Source: Candidatus Omnitrophica bacterium UBA6215
GTDB lineage: Bacteria > Omnitrophota > Gorgyraeia > Pluralincolimonadales > Pluralincolimonadaceae
Assembly: GCA_002421665.1 (NCBI GenBank)
Contig: DISH01000005.1
Span: 14,092 to 78,091, forward strand
Direction of reading: 5' to 3'
DNA: 64,000 nt
Shown here: piece by piece, positions 61,082 to 64,000 of the stretch
How the letters are laid out: the number at the start of each line of letters is the position of its first letter
How positions within the stretch are numbered: the first letter of the stretch is position 1
Notes under the pieces: generated by a model
The model's database searches: none
What the model was told of the DNA's origin: nothing
Seen by the model: only the letters and a program-made list of their open reading frames with translations
Made by a program: the position numbers and the translations under genes

Positions 61082-62329
61082 ATGCATGGCCGGGATATAC
61101 CAATAGCGATCGCAAAGGCACTGGTCTTTTCTTTGATGATTTTTACCGTGTTTTGCCTTGCGGGCTGCGGCAAGGTCCCGGAAGAGAAGAAGATATTGAT
61201 GTGGCTGGTAGGTTCGGAGAAACAGGCCCAGAAGATAACGGAACTGGGCCTCGATTTTTATAAGCAGACCGGCGTTAAGGTCAGCTGCGAGGCCATATCG
61301 TGGGGCGAAGCGCATTCTAAATACCTTACCTCTGTCGTCGGAGAAGTAACGCCCGATATAGGCACTATGGGGTTGACCTGGGGTACGGAATTCGGGAATC
61401 TCGGGGCCATGGTGGACCTGAACAGGGAATTCCCGGACGATCTCAGCGAACTGACATCCAGCATCTTCCCGGGACTGGCGGGTTCCATACGATATAACGA
61501 CAGTATATTCGCGGTCCCGTTTGACATGAGCGAATATATAATGTTTTACAGGTGCGATATCATAAAGGAGCCTCCTCGCACATGGAAAGACCTTACCTCT
61601 CTGCTTTCCGAGCTTAATTCTTCCGGCAGATCCATGATAATAGACTGGGGCGGCATGGGATGGATAGGCTATTCCCCGTTCCTGTGGCAGAACGGCGGGG
61701 ATTATTACGACAAGGACATGACCTCCGCTACCTTAGACAGCGATAAGGCCCTTGAAGCGATGAAGTTCTTTACCAGCCTCTATAAGGCATATGAAGTCCC
61801 CGTGGAGAACAGGCCGGTCGAGCAAAGTTTCAAGATCGGGGAGTACCCTATTTTCATATCGGGTAACTGGAAGATGAAGAGCCTTTCAGATATAGCGCCG
61901 GAGCTCAAAGGCAAGTGGGCCATAGCAACGCTTCCCGCAGGTCCGACGGGCAAGAAGACGGGTTTTATCGGAGGCAGGGTCATGGGTATATTTTCCCTTT
62001 CGAAGCATAAGAAAGAAGCATGGGAATTTATAAAATACCTGTCGAGGCCGGATATACAGATAAAGCTTTACGAGGACACGCTTGAATCGCACGACACCTA
62101 TCTTCCGCCGAACATAAAGACCTGGAACTTATTGCCGATGGAAGATTCTTTCAAACGGCCTCTCCTGGATCAGGCGATGGACTCAAAGGGTCCGCCTTCG
62201 GTACTGGGCTGGGATGACAGCACAAGGTTCATAGACACGGCCATACAGATGGTGGTGCTTAAGAATAAGGATGCCGGCGCCGCCTTGAAAGATGCGGATA
62301 ACGAGCTCGAGAGGAGGATCAGGCGATGA
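61082..62329 (+). CDS. sugar ABC transporter substrate-binding lipoprotein (solute-binding protein family 1)
   Basis: Lipobox FCLAGCGK. 415 aa with the overall composition of the MalE/UgpB-type SBP fold. Confidence 0.75.
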   Translation: MHGRDIPIAIAKALVFSLMIFTVFCLAGCGKVPEEKKILMWLVGSEKQAQKITELGLDFYKQTGVKVSCEAISWGEAHSKYLTSVVGEVTPDIGTMGLTWGTEFGNLGAMVDLNREFPDDLSELTSSIFPGLAGSIRYNDSIFAVPFDMSEYIMFYRCDIIKEPPRTWKDLTSLLSELNSSGRSMIIDWGGMGWIGYSPFLWQNGGDYYDKDMTSATLDSDKALEAMKFFTSLYKAYEVPVENRPVEQSFKIGEYPIFISGNWKMKSLSDIAPELKGKWAIATLPAGPTGKKTGFIGGRVMGIFSLSKHKKEAWEFIKYLSRPDIQIKLYEDTLESHDTYLPPNIKTWNLLPMEDSFKRPLLDQAMDSKGPPSVLGWDDSTRFIDTAIQMVVLKNKDAGAALKDADNELERRIRR

Positions 62330-63228
62330 ACTCCGTATTAAAAGAGCTCAATAAGCAGAAATCGGCTTATATCTTTATCGCTCCGTCCTTTATAATATTT
62401 ACGGTTTTTTTGATAATACCCGTCTTTGCATCGCTTTATTGGAGCCTTACCGAATACAATATACTGCAGCCCCCGAAGTTCGTGGGTTTCCAGAACTATA
62501 TAAACATACTATTTCACGATCCCCGTTTCTGGAAGGCGATGGCCAATACCGTGATATTCGTTGCGGGCACAGTTCCTACCAGTATCGCAATATCGCTTCT
62601 CCTGGCCATAGCTATAGACCAGAATATAAGGTTCAAGAACTGGTTCAAGACATTTTTTTTCATACCGAGCATAACTTCCATAATAGCCATATCGGTGATA
62701 TGGAAGTGGCTCTATGCCAGCGGCAAATACGGGCTGTTTAACCACCTGCTGACCTCAATAGGCCTGCCTTCGGTCAACTGGCTGGGCGTCACCTGGACCC
62801 TGCCGTCGATAATCCTCATGAGCGTATGGGGAGGGCTCGGTTATAACATGATATTATTCCTGGCCGGCCTGCAAGGCATACCACATGTATTCTATGAAGC
62901 GGCTGAGGTCGATGGGGCAAGCGAATGGGACAAGTTCAGGAACGTTACGCTGCCTTTGCTGAGGCCTACCATGCTTTTTGTCACTATAATGTCCGTAATA
63001 AGCGCTTTCCAGGTATTCGAGCAGGTATATATAATGACATATAATTCCGAAGGCGCCGTTGGCGGGACCCTTGATTGCGCCCTGACCATAGTCGCGTACC
63101 TTTACGAGACCGGTTTCCAGAGGTTCTCGATGGGTTATGCTTCGGCCCTCGCTTACCTGATATTTTTCATATTGTTCATAGTGACCATAGTTAACATGAA
63201 GATCGTAGAAAAGAAGGTAGAGTATTGA
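62326..63228 (+). CDS. carbohydrate ABC transporter permease (MalF/UgpA-like)
   Basis: Six TM helices. EAA loop EAAEVDGASEWDKFRNVTLPLLRP. Confidence 0.85.
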   Translation: MNSVLKELNKQKSAYIFIAPSFIIFTVFLIIPVFASLYWSLTEYNILQPPKFVGFQNYINILFHDPRFWKAMANTVIFVAGTVPTSIAISLLLAIAIDQNIRFKNWFKTFFFIPSITSIIAISVIWKWLYASGKYGLFNHLLTSIGLPSVNWLGVTWTLPSIILMSVWGGLGYNMILFLAGLQGIPHVFYEAAEVDGASEWDKFRNVTLPLLRPTMLFVTIMSVISAFQVFEQVYIMTYNSEGAVGGTLDCALTIVAYLYETGFQRFSMGYASALAYLIFFILFIVTIVNMKIVEKKVEY

Positions 63229-63229
63229 C

Positions 63230-64000
63230 ATGGATATCGCTGAGATAAAAAGATTGGAGGCGGAGGGGCCGGGAAGGCCTGCCAGCAAGAAGAGACAGCA
63301 GCAGGTCCTTAAGGCCTTCGTCTATATCTTCCTTATGGTAGGATCATTTGTTATGATAGTGCCTTTTGTATGGATGATAGTAACATCGTTCAAGCCGCTC
63401 GAAGAGATAAATACTTATCCTCCGAGTTTCTTCATCAGGAAACCGACCATAGCCGCTTACATAGAGTTGTTCAGCATCATACCCATGGGAAGATATTTCC
63501 TTAACAGCCTGATAGTCACCTGCTCTATAACGCTTGCGAATATATTCTTCTGTTCACTTGCCGGATACGCTTTTGCCAAGCACCGTTTCTTCGGCCGCGA
63601 CAAGCTTTTCCTGCTTTTAGTCGGGTCAATGATGATACCCTGGCAGGTCAACCTTATACCAAGTTTTGTCATAGTAAAAAAATTCGGGTGGCTCAACTCT
63701 TTCTACGGCCTGATAATACCTGCTATGTCGGGCGCATTCGGCATCTTCCTGATGAGGCAATTCATTATGAACATACCGGATGACCTTATAGACGCCGCGA
63801 AGATAGACGGTTGCAGCGAATTCACCATATACAGGAGGGTGATCCTGCCGCTCATCCAGCCGGCCCTCGCCTCACTGGCGATTTTTACCTTTATGGGGCA
63901 ATGGAACAATTTTGTCTGGCCCTTGGTTATCGTATATTCGTCCAAGATGAGGACCATACCCATTGCGTTGTCGGTGCTCAACGGCCAGTTCGGGACGAAT
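63230..64000 (+). CDS. carbohydrate ABC transporter permease (MalG/UgpE-like), 3'-truncated by window end
   Basis: Not in the ORF track because there is no stop before the window end. ATG 63230 opens a frame encoding MDIAEIKRLEAEGPGRP...DAAKIDGCSEFTIYRRVILPLIQP (EAA loop) through nt 64000. Confidence 0.8.
   Translation, partial: MDIAEIKRLEAEGPGRPASKKRQQQVLKAFVYIFLMVGSFVMIVPFVWMIVTSFKPLEEINTYPPSFFIRKPTIAAYIELFSIIPMGRYFLNSLIVTCSITLANIFFCSLAGYAFAKHRFFGRDKLFLLLVGSMMIPWQVNLIPSFVIVKKFGWLNSFYGLIIPAMSGAFGIFLMRQFIMNIPDDLIDAAKIDGCSEFTIYRRVILPLIQPALASLAIFTFMGQWNNFVWPLVIVYSSKMRTIPIALSVLNGQFGTN

Overview
This 64-kb window looks bacterial: about 45-50% GC, dense coding, and almost every gene on the + strand except one RND efflux operon. 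The lineage cannot be placed from sequence alone. The mix of exosortase/PEP-CTERM genes with several prepilin/pseudopilin-like proteins resembles PVC-type or candidate-phylum bacteria, but that is inference.

The window has three parts:

1. nt 1-8581: an exopolysaccharide-type locus. It carries a GT4 glycosyltransferase, a WecA-family priming transferase, an AraC/PocR regulator, a PilZ protein, a membrane protein, a TPR lipoprotein, a short exosortase, EpsI, and two PEP-CTERM proteins with carbohydrate-binding-like N-termini.

2. nt 8689-29854: a housekeeping block. It runs tRNA-Val, thrS-infC-rpmI-rplT-pheS-pheT, a GC-rich 231-bp structured intergenic region, rarA, a PP-loop ATPase, ccdA, and a 5-formyl-THF cyclo-ligase gene. 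A long translationally coupled operon follows: rny, ymdB-like, xseA, xseB, ispA, dxs, a four-subunit 2-oxoacid:ferredoxin oxidoreductase in delta-alpha-beta-gamma order, gltX, and a TPR protein.

3. nt 29921-64000: accessory functions. These include a type-IV-pilin-like protein fused to a Gly/Pro/Ser linker and an HExxH domain, an AT-rich lipoprotein gene, and tRNA-Gln. A minus-strand tripartite RND efflux pump and a MORN-like repeat protein come next. A two-gene sugar isomerase/oxidoreductase module sits between tRNA-Leu and tRNA-Glu, followed by an M15 peptidase. The rest is a large glycan-utilisation locus (41379-64000):
   - an AraR-like GntR regulator;
   - GH-A family TIM-barrel hydrolases, one with a CBM9-like tail and one with an F5/8 discoidin domain;
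   - a GH35-like enzyme, a GH130 phosphorylase, and a ROK kinase with no canonical start codon;
   - two more PEP-CTERM proteins;
   - a GspK-like pseudopilin fused to a LamG domain;
   - a sugar ABC transporter.

The strongest signal is an uncharacterised ~150-170-aa beta-sandwich CBM-like module present in seven copies. Three copies are small standalone secreted proteins. Two sit at both ends of a 958-aa glycoside hydrolase. Two are in the PEP-CTERM proteins. This suggests exosortase-dependent surface display of glycan-binding modules coupled to a (probably beta-mannan/galactomannan) degradation pathway.

No CRISPR arrays, transposases or integrases were seen.
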